DNA from: Selaginella moellendorffii
Lineage: Eukaryota > Plantae > Lycopodiophyta
Length of the DNA: 64,000 nt
Reading direction: 5' to 3'
NCBI RefSeq assembly: GCF_000143415.4
Contig: NW_003314261.1
Coordinates: 5,358,360 to 5,422,359 of the forward strand
Below are positions 1 to 10,576 of this stretch, one piece after another. The notes under the pieces were generated by a model. That model did no database searches. It was not told the DNA's origin and worked only from the letters and a program-made list of their open reading frames with translations. The translations under genes were made by a program, and so were the position numbers. The stretch's first letter is position 1; each line of letters starts with the position of its first letter.

Positions 1-1965
1 ACTAGTGTGGAGGATCCAGAAACTGGCTTGCACATACGAGTTGGGAAACTAAACCTGGTATGCACGTTGAAGATTTCGTTTTCTCATCTTTAGGATTAAC
101 AACGCTCATTCAGGTCGATCTTGCTGGTAGTGAAAGAATGAGCAAAACTGGAGCTACTGGGGATAGATTGAAAGAGCTCACCAACATAAATTGGTCTCTT
201 ACAGCTCTTGGAAATGTCATCTCGGCCCTGGTTGATGGAAGGAGTACGCACATTCCCTACCGTGATTCGAAGCTGACCAGGCTCTTGCAAGACTCACTCG
301 GTGGGAATACAAGGACTGTCATGGTGGCAAACATTGGACCTGCTGATTATAACTATGAAGAGTCCGTCAGCACACTACGGTATGCCAATCGTGCAAAGAG
401 CATTAAGAACAAACCGCGTATCAACGAGGATCCAAAGGACGCGTTGCTGCGGGAGTTCCAGGCTGAAATTATCAGGTTCATTGGCTTGATATATGTTCTC
501 AAGCTTATGAACTCTGAAAATTGCGTTAACAGGTTAAAAGCGCAGCTTAGTGGCGATGCTGTTAACGATTTGACCAAGGAAATCTGTACGCTAAAGAACG
601 AGAAAGAAATGGTGGAAAAGAACTTGAGAAACTTGAGGCAGCAAGCTGGAGTTGATCCTTACCTGTGCCAGTCATTCAGTGAACAAGCCATTGCATACAT
701 TAAAGCGGATTTAGAGAAAAAGGTAAGCCTCGTCAAAAAACACGCAATGTTGGTCTGAAAGGTCCGTCTTTTGCAGGCGCATTTCGAAATTGAGTGCTTG
801 CGAGCAGAAAAGGAGCGTTCAGACGAAGAGAAGCAGAAACTGACGGAGCAGCTGCTCAAGCAGTTGAAGGACATGCAACCCCATTATGAGGTATGTGGAA
901 TGAAACATGGTTGTTTTTATTAAGCTATTGTTTCTCTTGTGCAGTCGTTTGCCAAGGAAAAAGAAGACCGTGATTTCCTAACTAATAAGCTGAGAGCTTT
1001 GGAGGACAAAGTTTTGCATGGTTCCAACAACGATAACGAGAAGCTGGTGGAGAAAGCAAAGCAGCAGGAGGAAGAGCTTGCTCTTTACCAGCATCATATC
1101 CAAGAACGGCAGCAACTGGATGAAGAGCGCCAGCGGAAGATAGCAGAGCTTGAGGTAAAAAAGGAAACACGCTTTTGCATTTTCCACTCACTTACGTCGC
1201 GTGTGACAGGACGCACAACTGATGGCCGAGGTGAAGTGCAGCACAATGGAGGAAGAGTTGGAAATGAAAACTACCAAATTTCGAAAGCTGATGGCGTGTT
1301 ACCAGCAGAGCAAAGCCGACTTAGCCTCGTTGCGGACGGAGCTGCAGGACACAATCCACGAGTTTCATCGGGAGCGCACCGATTTGCTTCTCAGTTTGCG
1401 CTCGCTGGAGCAGCAACATCAGCTCAAGTCTTTAGTGATCGAGGTAAAAAGACAATGAGCTCAAACGATTCTGATTCTTGTTTCTCTTTTTCTTTATACA
1501 GAAGTTTATTCCGTCCGAGGAGCTGGCTAAGATCATGAAGAGAGTGGAGTGGGACGACGAGACGGAAAGATGGGTGTTCCAGAGCATGGTGGCTAATTTC
1601 CAGTCGGGTATAAGTCCGTTCATCGTGGATCCAGCTAACAAGCAGCCACTTCAAAGGCCGGCATCAGCCGTGGGAAGGAGTAGACCGCCAGGATCCAGAT
1701 ACCAGTAAGCTTCTAAGCAACTTTGTTCTTGCAAAGTTCTTACACGCTCTCTCTTCCCAGGATGGACAACGTGCTCAAGATTGGCTTGGACATTCCAAAG
1801 CACACTCTCTACGATTACGAGAATCACCTCGACCGCGCACAGGCTCAAGCTCACATCATGCAAGCTTTCTCCCCGAACTTTGGCGAAGACGACGACCCAT
1901 ACCTGTCATACGAGCAAAAGACAGGAGCGGCAAAGCCTCTTCGCCCAAGAACAGCAAACAGATAA
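1..1965 (+). CDS. Kinesin-2 (KIF3/FLA10/FLA8-like heterotrimeric kinesin motor subunit), 5'-partial, multi-exon
   Basis: Spliced motor motif HIRVGKLNL|[72 protein letters not shown] (kinesin-2 neck), a coiled-coil stalk, and a tail ending ...RPRTANR* at 1965. Short GT-AG introns. Confidence 0.9.
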
Positions 1966-1985
1966 GGGATAAAAAGAAGAAGCGT

Positions 1986-2121
1986 CAAAACTCTGGGACG
2001 AGATTACAAAATTTCTGGCCGAGGAACTAGCAAACAGATGAAGGATAGAAAGAAGCTTTCGCTCGTTCAAAACTCTGGGACGAGTTCACAAAATTTCTCA
2101 ACGATCGGCCGAGTAACTAGC
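1986..2121. repeat. Imperfect direct duplication (~82-bp period) between the convergent kinesin and stomatin-like genes
   Basis: caaaactctgggacgag(at/tt)(t/c)acaaaatttct at ~1986 and ~2068, each followed by ggccgag(g/t)aactagc. Confidence 0.8.
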
Positions 2122-2149
2122 TGCACTACTTACTCTCGAAGTGGAGCAC

Positions 2150-3863
2150 TCACGGCTTACTTTGCAAGCTGAAGCCACCGGGCTCTCCATCGCTCATCTC
2201 GGCAAAGCGGCTCGGTCCTTCGCTGATTCTCGGGGAGCTTACTTTCTCTTTGGATGCGCTCTTGCTCTTGAGGAGGCCGGCTGGAGTGGCCTGGTAGTTG
2301 TTCACGATGCCTTTGTAGAGACTGAACGCGGTCGCCAGCATGCTCGACGGGTCACCGACATTGTTTGGCAAAAGCATGGTTGTCCCCTGTGACAAAGTAT
2401 AGATAAACAAGCTATCAAATGAAAACGAGATCGTTTTACCTCTTTGGCGATCTTCCCAAACTCTCTCAAGTAGTGCTCGGCAACTCGGAGTGACACGGCC
2501 TGCAATAGCATCGCGAGTTTGGTAGGAGAACACGAAGGATAAAAAGAGAGAAGAAACTGGATGGTTTTACCTCAGCGCCGCCAGCGGCGGTGATAGCAGC
2601 AGCAAGCGTTTGAATGGCTGCAGCCTCTCCTTGGGACTCTAGAATCTTGGCATTCCTCACACCATCGGCTCTGTTGATATTGGATTGCATTTCACCTGCA
2701 TGAGGAAAGAAAAGAGAGAGGAAGTTAAGTTCTTGGTTGTGAGTGCTTCGTACCTTCAGACTCCAGAATTTGCGCCCTCTTCCTACGCTCGGCCTCGGCT
2801 TGCATTTCCATTGCCGCTTTTATGCCGGGAGGAGGTGAGATGTCCCCTACAAAAGCCAGGATGGAAATAAAATCACTGGGATGCTCTCAAACTCACTGAT
2901 CTCGTAGCGAAGACACTCCAGGCCCCAGTCGTTAGCAGCGAGATTGATCGATTTCTGCAATGGAAAACAAAACAATAAAAAGTGGTAACTTGAAAGCATG
3001 TTCATTCACTCACCACAATATTTTCATTCAGCGCGGCTCGCTCTTCGAAGGTCTTGTCCAGTGTCAGCTTCCCGAGCTCGCTCCTCATTGTCGTCTGCGC
3101 AAGCTGGACGACCGTGGAGACAACGTTCCCGACGCCATACGACGCCTTCTTCGGGTCCACGATCTGCCAATCCAAAGCGCCAAACCATTAGAACAATAGA
3201 CAATCTTAAAACACTGAAAACTCTCAAAAGCAGAACGAAAGAAAGAAATAGCCATTGTCCATACACATGGCAAAGGAAAACCAGGAAAAGAAGAGCTTAA
3301 CTCTCCAAAGAACGACGAAAGCTCTAAAAAAGAAAACAAAATCGAAGAGAAGACTCATGCTACAAGAAGAAAGAAGAACGAGAAGTACTTGCCTTGATGT
3401 AGAGCACTCCATCCACACTGATGCTCACATTGTCACGGGTCACCGCGGTCTGGTGGTAGATCGGGATGGCCTCCTCTTTGAGCGAGTGGACGTACGCAAT
3501 GCGATCCACCAGAGGTATCATGATGTGAAACCCAGACTCCAGTGTCTTCAAGTATCTCCCAAATCGCTCCACAACGTAGGCTTTCTTCTCTGGAACGATC
3601 CGGATGCCCCAGTTCGTCGGAGGCCTGCTCGCAAACCTTTTGCATTATAGTAGAAGAGATGATCTTCCAAGAAAGCAATGCGGGGAAAATACCTCATATC
3701 ATCGGAGTACCTCTCATTGCTCAAATTCCTGCGCGACAGAGAGAGCTAAGCGCAAGAAACGATCCAGCGGGACGACAGGATCTTACCTGACAGAGATGGC
3801 GCGCGGGGTGACTTTGCGGAGCTCGCCCAGGCGCATCAGCGACCGTCTTGCCGCCATAGCCAT
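2150..3863 (-). CDS. Stomatin-like protein (SLP-2 type, SPFH/Band 7), probably mitochondrial, multi-exon
   Basis: Exons encode [70 protein letters not shown] and [15 protein letters not shown]. Arg-rich N-terminus [12 protein letters not shown]. Confidence 0.9.
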
Positions 3864-3941
3864 GCCCTAAGTGTGTGTAAGTCGCATTACATGCTAGCCT
3901 CCTTAAGTACTCTTTAAAATTTTCTTTGCCGCGAAGACAGC

Positions 3942-4804
3942 CTACTGAGGCCTGCCGAGAGGAATTCCTTCGATGTAAAGCCATCGCTTGGTTCCTTCCG
4001 GATCCTCGCTGCGAACAAAGCGGCTCCTCTCCAGCAAAAACTTATTGATGCGATCGTTCGCGCGGCTTCCTCTGGCAAGAGTGTATGTCACCTTGAATGA
4101 AACGAGTGCCTGCAAATTGGATTGGAGAGCCATTCTTCTTTTTAGAGACTCTGCTTACCTCGTCCTCGCTCTCGGTTTGGAAATCCAGGATCTCCAAGCG
4201 CTTGAACTTGAGCTTTCGACAGGTTGCTTCTACGTCCGCTAGAAGCCTGGCCTCTCCACCTGAAAGAAAGAAAGAACATCACGAGCTACGATCTTTCTTT
4301 CTCGAGAATGGTCTATCGTCAAACCTTGAAAGCATGCGTTTTCCTTGTGGGTTGTCTTCACGACGTAGTCGGAGTTTCCTCGTGCATAAGCACTGAATCT
4401 CGCCTCTGGAAAAACTAGTAAAACCACTGGAAAAACAAAGTGAAGACGAACTTACTCATCACAGCCAGCGCATCCGGTTCCGCTCCTCCTTCGTGAAGAA
4501 CACCACAGCAGGACTCGTAGCTCTTCCTCAGTTCTCCTCCACCGCACGGGCAAACACTTTGGTTTTCCTTCTCGTCTTCGACTTGAGCGCCGCCCTCTTC
4601 TTTCTCTGCCGCAGCCTGTTCGTCCGTTTTACCCCTCCGGCTTCTCTGGAGAAGCTCCTTGAACCCCCTGCTCGCTCTTGCCTCAAAACTTGGACGTGGC
4701 CTCGTCTTCCAGCTGAATTGCAAAGAATCTCGAGTGGATAAGCAGACACCATTTGCGGGAACCGGGGAACTCTTCAGCATTGCTCGAGGTAAGCTCAATG
4801 CCAT
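3942..4804 (-). CDS. SEC-C motif / YchJ (UPF0225)-like protein with probable transit peptide
   Basis: CPCGGG...YESCC zinc motif, then ARFSAYARGNSDYVVKTTH and ERSRFVR...WLYIEG, which are typical YchJ motifs. Ser/Arg-rich N-terminus. Confidence 0.8.
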
Positions 4805-5001
4805 TCAGTGACAATGGCCTCCCTTAGGAGAAAAACTCAATGCTCGAGAAGAAAGTTCTTGCCTCGGATTTGAGCGAAATCTTTCTCTCGGGTCTGCTCA
4901 GGCACCCAAGTTAGTACAAATGGAAAAGCAAAACTCGGGAGGATTACCTCTCAATAAAACTTCTGCGAGGAGTCGACTTTGGACGTGAGAGCGTAGCGCT
5001 C

Positions 5002-5925
5002 TCACGTCACAGATCCCGTAGCCGCGGCTTTTGCTGCTTTCATCTTTCGCAATCTCTCTTGCCACGAATCTTTTTGCATTGCAATGACCTACATTATGCG
5101 TGAGCACAGGAATAGGCAATGAAAAACACAAACCTCTTCACTCAGAAGATCACTCGCCTTCTTCTCGTGATTCTTCTCGACGTGAGAACTTGGGGCTTGT
5201 TGTTCCTCCTCTTTTGGAACCGATCCGGAGCCAAACATAGCAGCGTCGTGAGCAGCCTCGGTCCGCTTCTCCCTTGTGAGCTGTGGCGAATTCACGAGTA
5301 AACACTTCTGGCTCGATAAACTCTCGTCCATACCTGGCTAGAGTATGAAAGATACGATCCAGCAGTGTTCCTTAGCGAAGAAGTATCGTCCGGACCAGCA
5401 CCTACATGAAGCAAAAACATTTTCTAGCGAGTATAGCATCACAAGAGAGAGTGCTTACTGCTACTTCTGGGATTGGAGTCTTCTTCCTCCTCGTCCAAAG
5501 GAGCACTCTTATCAAAATCAAAGCGCTCCCAGTTCTTGGTGTCTTTGTCTTTGGCCGCTAAAAAACGAAAGAACTCTCTTTAGAGAGTTTTTATCAAAGA
5601 TGAAACTAGAAAGCACGAGAAGCACACCTGTTTGGGAGAGCTGGAAGTTCATCCTTGCCTTCACTCTTTCAGCTGGAGTCTAGACAAACAAACAAAAAAA
5701 AAACAAAAAACGAAGGAATTCATCCAAAACATTTTAATACCGTCAACATACCATTCGATCGTAGTCTGGAATGAGCTCTTCGCTTCTCGAGGCTTTCCCA
5801 GATCTGGAACGCTTGGCATTCTCCGGGGGGCTCTTGCTCCTCCTGCTGGACTTCTTGCCGCCGCGATCTGGTTTGCCAGCGCCGGCAAATCCCACTCCCG
5901 CCCTGGACGATCGTCCGCGCTCCAT
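5002..5925 (-). CDS. Conserved plant protein of unknown function with an Arg/Ser/Lys-rich N-terminus, multi-exon
   Basis: Spliced reading MERGRSS...IPDYDRM / TPAERVKARMNFQLSQT / WERFDFDKSAPLDEEE / EAAHDAAMFG / VIAMQKDSWQERLRKMK...VT*. Exons are flanked by GT-AG. Confidence 0.65.
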
Positions 5926-5932
5926 AGGGTTT
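5925..5932. promoter_or_regulatory. Telo-box (TAGGGTTT/AAACCCTA) in the 40-bp divergent spacer
   Basis: Exact TAGGGTTT abutting the minus-strand ATG; second near-copy TTAGGGTT at ~5947. Confidence 0.45.
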
Positions 5933-5965
5933 CTCCTCTCGCAGATTTAGGGTTCCTGGTCTGTG

Positions 5966-7627
5966 ATGTGCTGCTTGAAGAAGCAGCAAAGGAAGGCATT
6001 CTCCAATCTCCTCAAAGCGTGCATCGATTCCCGGGATTTCTCCCGGGGCCGCAAGCTCCACGGGCAGATCCTCGCCAGCGGCTGCTCCGGCGACACCCAC
6101 CTCGCCAATCTCCTCCTCACAATGTACCGCCGCTGCCGCAGCCTCGACGACGCGCGCGCCGTCTTTGATTCCATCCCGGAGCCCTCGACATGTCACTGGA
6201 ACATCATCATCGCGGCGTGCATCGAGAGTGGCGACCTGGATCTCGCGGGCAGCCTCTACGAGCGGATGCCCTACCGGGATCTTGTCACGCAAAACACGCT
6301 GCTTCAGGCATTTGCCCACATGGGGGATCTGGATCGTACGAAGAGGTTCTTCGATCGAGGCCACAACAAGGACGTGATCTCCTGGAACATCATGATCAAG
6401 GCCTTTGGCCAAAGAGGGCAGTGTCTCTCCGCCAGAGAGTTCTTTCAACGCATGCCCCAGAGGAGCGTAGTGTCCTGGACGACGCTCCTCGCAGCAAATG
6501 CCGCTTTTGGGCATTTGGAAAATGCCGAAAGAATCTTTGATTCCATGCCGGAGCGAGACGCCATCACTTGCAATGCGATGCTCCACACGCGCGCGGACAG
6601 GATCGATCTTTGCCGGGAGTTCTTCCGCCACAAGATGACCCACAGGGATCCAATCAGCTGGAACACGCTCATCGCGGTGCTGGCGAGTGCGGGGCACTTC
6701 CTCGAGGCCCGGGGCGCGTTCGATCGGATGCCGCGCACCAACCTGGGCGCCTGGAACGAGATGATATCGATCTTCTCCAGGAACTCGCAGCTCCAGGAGG
6801 CGATTCAAGCCTTCGCCAAGATGCCGGAGAGGGACGTTCTCTCGTGGAACTCCATCGTCCAGGCCTACGCGCTCAATGGGCACCTGGATGAGATCGGTGG
6901 CGCGCTGGAGAGAATGCCACAGTGGGGTGCCGCGAGCTGGAATTCCTTGCTCCAGGCACTGGTGGAGCACCGGCAATTCGATCTCGCCACCATGCTCTTC
7001 CACGGGATGACGCACAAGAGCGTCGTGTCGTGGACGTGTATGATCCCAGCACAGGAAGGACAAGAAAAGAGAGGCTCTCTTCCGGAAAATCGCCAAGAAC
7101 ACGACGATCCAAGCGCAAGCTCACCGGACAAGGAGAAGATCTTCTTCGACAAGATGCCGGCTTGGAACTCGGTGTCTTGGAACACACTCATGAAAACCTA
7201 CGCTGAGTCTTCGAATTTGGATAGAGCAAGAGAGTGTTTCTATCTCATGCCAGATCCAAACTTGGTAACATGGAACCTCATGACGGCAGCATATGCCCAG
7301 TCTGGGCATTTGCGGGAGATGGAAGAGTTCTTCCGGCTCATGAATCTCAATGGGGTTCCTCCAAACGAGAAAACGTTCACAAGCATGATTGGTGGGTGCG
7401 GCAGCTGCGGGAAAATCAAGGACGCCCAGCAGTTTTTCATCGCAATGACAATGGACTTCGGTCTCTCGCCGGATCCAATCGAGTATCGCTGCATGGTGGA
7501 CGTGCTTGGCCGCCGGAGTTTCTTGAAGGAGATGGAGGATCTCGTCCGAAATATGCCATTCCATCCGCCAACCGAGGCTTTGCTTGCGGCGGAGAGCTAC
7601 TGCCGGATTCATGCTGTGAATTCGTAG
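5966..7627 (+). CDS. PLS-class pentatricopeptide repeat protein, intronless, truncated E domain, no DYW
   Basis: ~31-aa repeats of type FDRMPxRDxxSWNxxI and a C-terminal YRCMVDVLGRR...MPFHP (S2/E1 region). Confidence 0.9.
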   Translation: MCCLKKQQRKAFSNLLKACIDSRDFSRGRKLHGQILASGCSGDTHLANLLLTMYRRCRSLDDARAVFDSIPEPSTCHWNIIIAACIESGDLDLAGSLYERMPYRDLVTQNTLLQAFAHMGDLDRTKRFFDRGHNKDVISWNIMIKAFGQRGQCLSAREFFQRMPQRSVVSWTTLLAANAAFGHLENAERIFDSMPERDAITCNAMLHTRADRIDLCREFFRHKMTHRDPISWNTLIAVLASAGHFLEARGAFDRMPRTNLGAWNEMISIFSRNSQLQEAIQAFAKMPERDVLSWNSIVQAYALNGHLDEIGGALERMPQWGAASWNSLLQALVEHRQFDLATMLFHGMTHKSVVSWTCMIPAQEGQEKRGSLPENRQEHDDPSASSPDKEKIFFDKMPAWNSVSWNTLMKTYAESSNLDRARECFYLMPDPNLVTWNLMTAAYAQSGHLREMEEFFRLMNLNGVPPNEKTFTSMIGGCGSCGKIKDAQQFFIAMTMDFGLSPDPIEYRCMVDVLGRRSFLKEMEDLVRNMPFHPPTEALLAAESYCRIHAVNS

Positions 7628-7753
7628 CGGGCTCTTCTATCGAAGGAAAATCAAGAGAATTGTCTCTCGAATTCCAGCGAAGATTCAAATTCCGAGATAA
7701 CGGTTTTTACATGAACAGCAAATGCCCATATACTACGCATCTCTGCTGGAACT

Positions 7754-8825
7754 CTAGTTCTTGACAAGCTTGACCTTGTCAATCTTGAGAAGTTTCACGA
7801 AGAACCAGTCTCTCACCCATGCCGGCGCGTAGAACATCGACCAGAGCAACGGGACGAAGTGGCCATAACCGAAGTAGCTCGGGGGCTTGCCATCCAGGAT
7901 CTTGCTCGCCACGGCTCTCGCAAACTCGGGCGCTGGAGTGGACTTGGGGCCCTGCGAGAGCATCCCGCGGTACTCGATGGATTCCTGGAATGGCTTGTAG
8001 ATCTTGAGGTCGTAACTCAGGCCTGTGGAGAGCGCAGCCTTGCCGATGTTCGAAACGATCGCTCCGGGAGTGACGAGGATCACGTCGATGTTGAATGGTC
8101 GCAGCTCCACTCTAGAAGAAGAAGGAAAGTTCCAAGCGATCACAGCTATGCGTGATCATAGCTCTCCAAACAGTTTGGAGAGCTATGATCTTCGAGAGAG
8201 ACTTGGAAGAAAGCCCACCTTAGAGAGTCAGTTAATGCGTGGAGGGCTGCTTTGGAGGAAGTGTAGCCAGCCATCCAAGGGCCAGAAGCGTACGCACCGA
8301 TGCTACCGACGTTCACGATCCTTCCTCTTCCTTGTTTCACCATGAAAGGAACCACCTTTTGGATCAAAGACACAGTTCCTGGGAAAAAATTTGCTCAAAA
8401 CCGAGTCTCTCGATCGATCTCTAGGCCTCGCTCGAAAGGAATTTCGATCCAGAGAGGAACTTACCAAAGACATTGGTTCTATACGCTCTCTCCAGCATCT
8501 CCAAGGGGATCTCCGCGATCGGCCCCAGGCAAGGAACGCCCGCATTGTTGATGAGCACATCGATCTTCCCAAATCTCTGGATCGTCGACTCCACCGCCCG
8601 GGACATGGAGTCCTCGTCCAGCACATCCAGCGTAATGCAGCTGATGGAGCTGGGCTGCTGCTGCTCCAGCCCCCGGATCGATGCGAGCGAACGCGCCGAC
8701 GCCACAACCGTGCACCCCCGGCTGCCCAATTCCGCTGCCAGCGCGTGCCCGATCCCTCCCTCGGAGCATCCGGTGATCAGGACTACCAGATCCTTAGGCG
8801 CTAGGCGGGATCCGCCCAAACCCAT
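7754..8825 (-). CDS. Classical short-chain dehydrogenase/reductase (AYR1-like), 3 exons
   Basis: VLITGCSEGGIG Rossmann motif, INNAG, IVNVGS, catalytic YTSSK, VTPGAI. Introns at ~8378-8464 and ~8112-8218. Confidence 0.9.
8154..8190. repeat. Perfect 18-bp inverted repeat with a 1-nt spacer inside SDR intron 2
   Basis: gatcatagctctccaaac-a-gtttggagagctatgatc. Confidence 0.95.
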
Positions 8826-8886
8826 CGCGATCCTCGTGCCCAAGAACCCTAAAACAGGACGAAAAACCCTAATAACAGGAAGAGCC

Positions 8887-10353
8887 CTAAAACAGGGCCA
8901 GCACATACGGCGACGATTTCTCCGGCCGGAGCGCTCGCATTTGCTTCGCGGCATCCCTGGCGCGCTCTCGGTCGCTATCGCTCCGACAGGCATCCAGAAG
9001 CCCCGTCCAGGAGACGTAATCCGGCTCGAATGGCATGCTCTGGACGAGCTCCTCCGCCTCGGCGACGCGGCCTCCGCGGCCCAGGAGATCCGCGACGCAG
9101 GCGAAGTGCTCCACGCCCTGGGTGATCTCAAAATCGGCGCCCATACCGACGAATTCCATCCACGCCTCGCGCAGCAGCCCCGCGTGGCCACACGCCCACA
9201 GGATCGACGTGAAGCTCGCGGAATCGGGCGCGATCCCTTCGATCCTCATCTCGCGCGCAAAGAAGAGTGCGTCGAGCGATCGCCCATTCTGCGCGTGGCC
9301 CGCGATCATGGCATTGAAGGAGATGGTGTCGCGGGTGGGCATCGCGCGGAATACCGATTGCGCGAGCTCCAGATCCCCGAGCTTGGAGTAGAAGCTCAAG
9401 ATCGCATTGCCCACGAGGAGCGATTGTGGGAACTCCGCCGCCATTGCCGCAACCATTCCCGCGCTGGAATTCCTGGAGATGGAGGAGATAGATTGGAGGA
9501 GAGTGACGACTGTCACCTCGTTTGGCCGCTCGCCCTCCAGATTCATGGATCGAAACGCGCGCACCGCCTCTTTGGAATGCCCATTCCGGGCATACGCCGC
9601 CATGAGCGCCGTCCACGACACCACATTTTTTCTCGGCATCGCCAAGAAGATGCTTTCCACTCGATCGATCTGCGAGAATCGGCCGAGAGCGACGATCAAC
9701 GCGTTCCCAATCTTGGGCGATTCATCGCCATCGCCATAGTCTCTCTCCCAATCTCCCAGACGCGATTGGATCATTCTCACGTCCCTGCCGCTGGAGCAAA
9801 CATCCAGAACTGTGACGAAGGAGACCTCGTTTGGAGCGATGCCGTCGAGCTCCATGGATTGAAACGTATAACGTGCTCTAGCAGGATGCCCTGTCTGGGC
9901 ATATCCAGACACCATAGTGTTCCAGCTAGTCACGTCTCTAGCTTCCATTTTCTGGAACAATCCTTCCGCGCTAGCCATTTTCTTAAACCTCGTGTAAGCA
10001 GCGAGCATAGCATTGTAGCAAATCACGCTGGGATTTTGTATCATATCAAAGAAACCTCTCGCTTGAAAAATATGCCCATTCTCGGCATATGCTACAAGCA
10101 TCATTGTAAAGGAGAAGGCATTTGGGGTCGCGATGGTATCAAACACAAGCCGTGCGTCTTGGGCAGAGCCACATTTCCCGTACATTTGGAGCAGGGTATT
10201 GGCCATGAAACGGTCCTCTTCGTAGCCCGTACGGGCAATGGATCCATGGGCTTGCCTTCCTCGCGGCAAATGGCTTTGTGTGCCAGCCTTGTCGAGCGTG
10301 GCTGCCCATTGTCGCTTGAAGCTCTGGGGGGCAGTCCGGGAGAATCCATGCAT
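8887..10353 (-). CDS. PLS-class PPR protein with E domain, intronless, no DYW
   Basis: NTLLQMYGKCGS, repeated MPxKNVVSWT motifs, EHFACVADLLGRGG...MPFEPDYVSWTGLLDAC, ends PYVLALF*. Confidence 0.9.
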   Translation of the reverse strand: MHGFSRTAPQSFKRQWAATLDKAGTQSHLPRGRQAHGSIARTGYEEDRFMANTLLQMYGKCGSAQDARLVFDTIATPNAFSFTMMLVAYAENGHIFQARGFFDMIQNPSVICYNAMLAAYTRFKKMASAEGLFQKMEARDVTSWNTMVSGYAQTGHPARARYTFQSMELDGIAPNEVSFVTVLDVCSSGRDVRMIQSRLGDWERDYGDGDESPKIGNALIVALGRFSQIDRVESIFLAMPRKNVVSWTALMAAYARNGHSKEAVRAFRSMNLEGERPNEVTVVTLLQSISSISRNSSAGMVAAMAAEFPQSLLVGNAILSFYSKLGDLELAQSVFRAMPTRDTISFNAMIAGHAQNGRSLDALFFAREMRIEGIAPDSASFTSILWACGHAGLLREAWMEFVGMGADFEITQGVEHFACVADLLGRGGRVAEAEELVQSMPFEPDYVSWTGLLDACRSDSDRERARDAAKQMRALRPEKSSPYVLALF

Positions 10354-10576
10354 CCAACCTGACCTAAATATTGGGGTGGTTCCTTTTCAAATTTCGCAGC
10401 ATATGCCGAGAGTGGGCATCTTTCTAGGTTTTGAATATAGAATATATTTGTTTTGATGGTATATTCTTAGAGTATAAGGCATATCCTAAAAAGCTTGACG
10501 TTTTCTTCGAGGACTTGTCGGTGGGACACATAAAATAGTGCTGTTCTCCTCACTCTCTAGTCTCGCACTTCCGGCC

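Noticed and set aside
8421-9191. PPR-SDR fusion protein
   Set aside because: The PPR and SDR are in different frames and the PPR has its own stop; the upstream SDR-frame extension has no recognisable features.
8473-10362. 629-aa plus-strand ORF, and similar long ORFs at 5720-7102 (-), 40389-41687 (+) and 45867-46760 (+)
   Set aside because: Antisense shadows in codon register with GC3-rich PPR/RLK genes; no recognisable domain.
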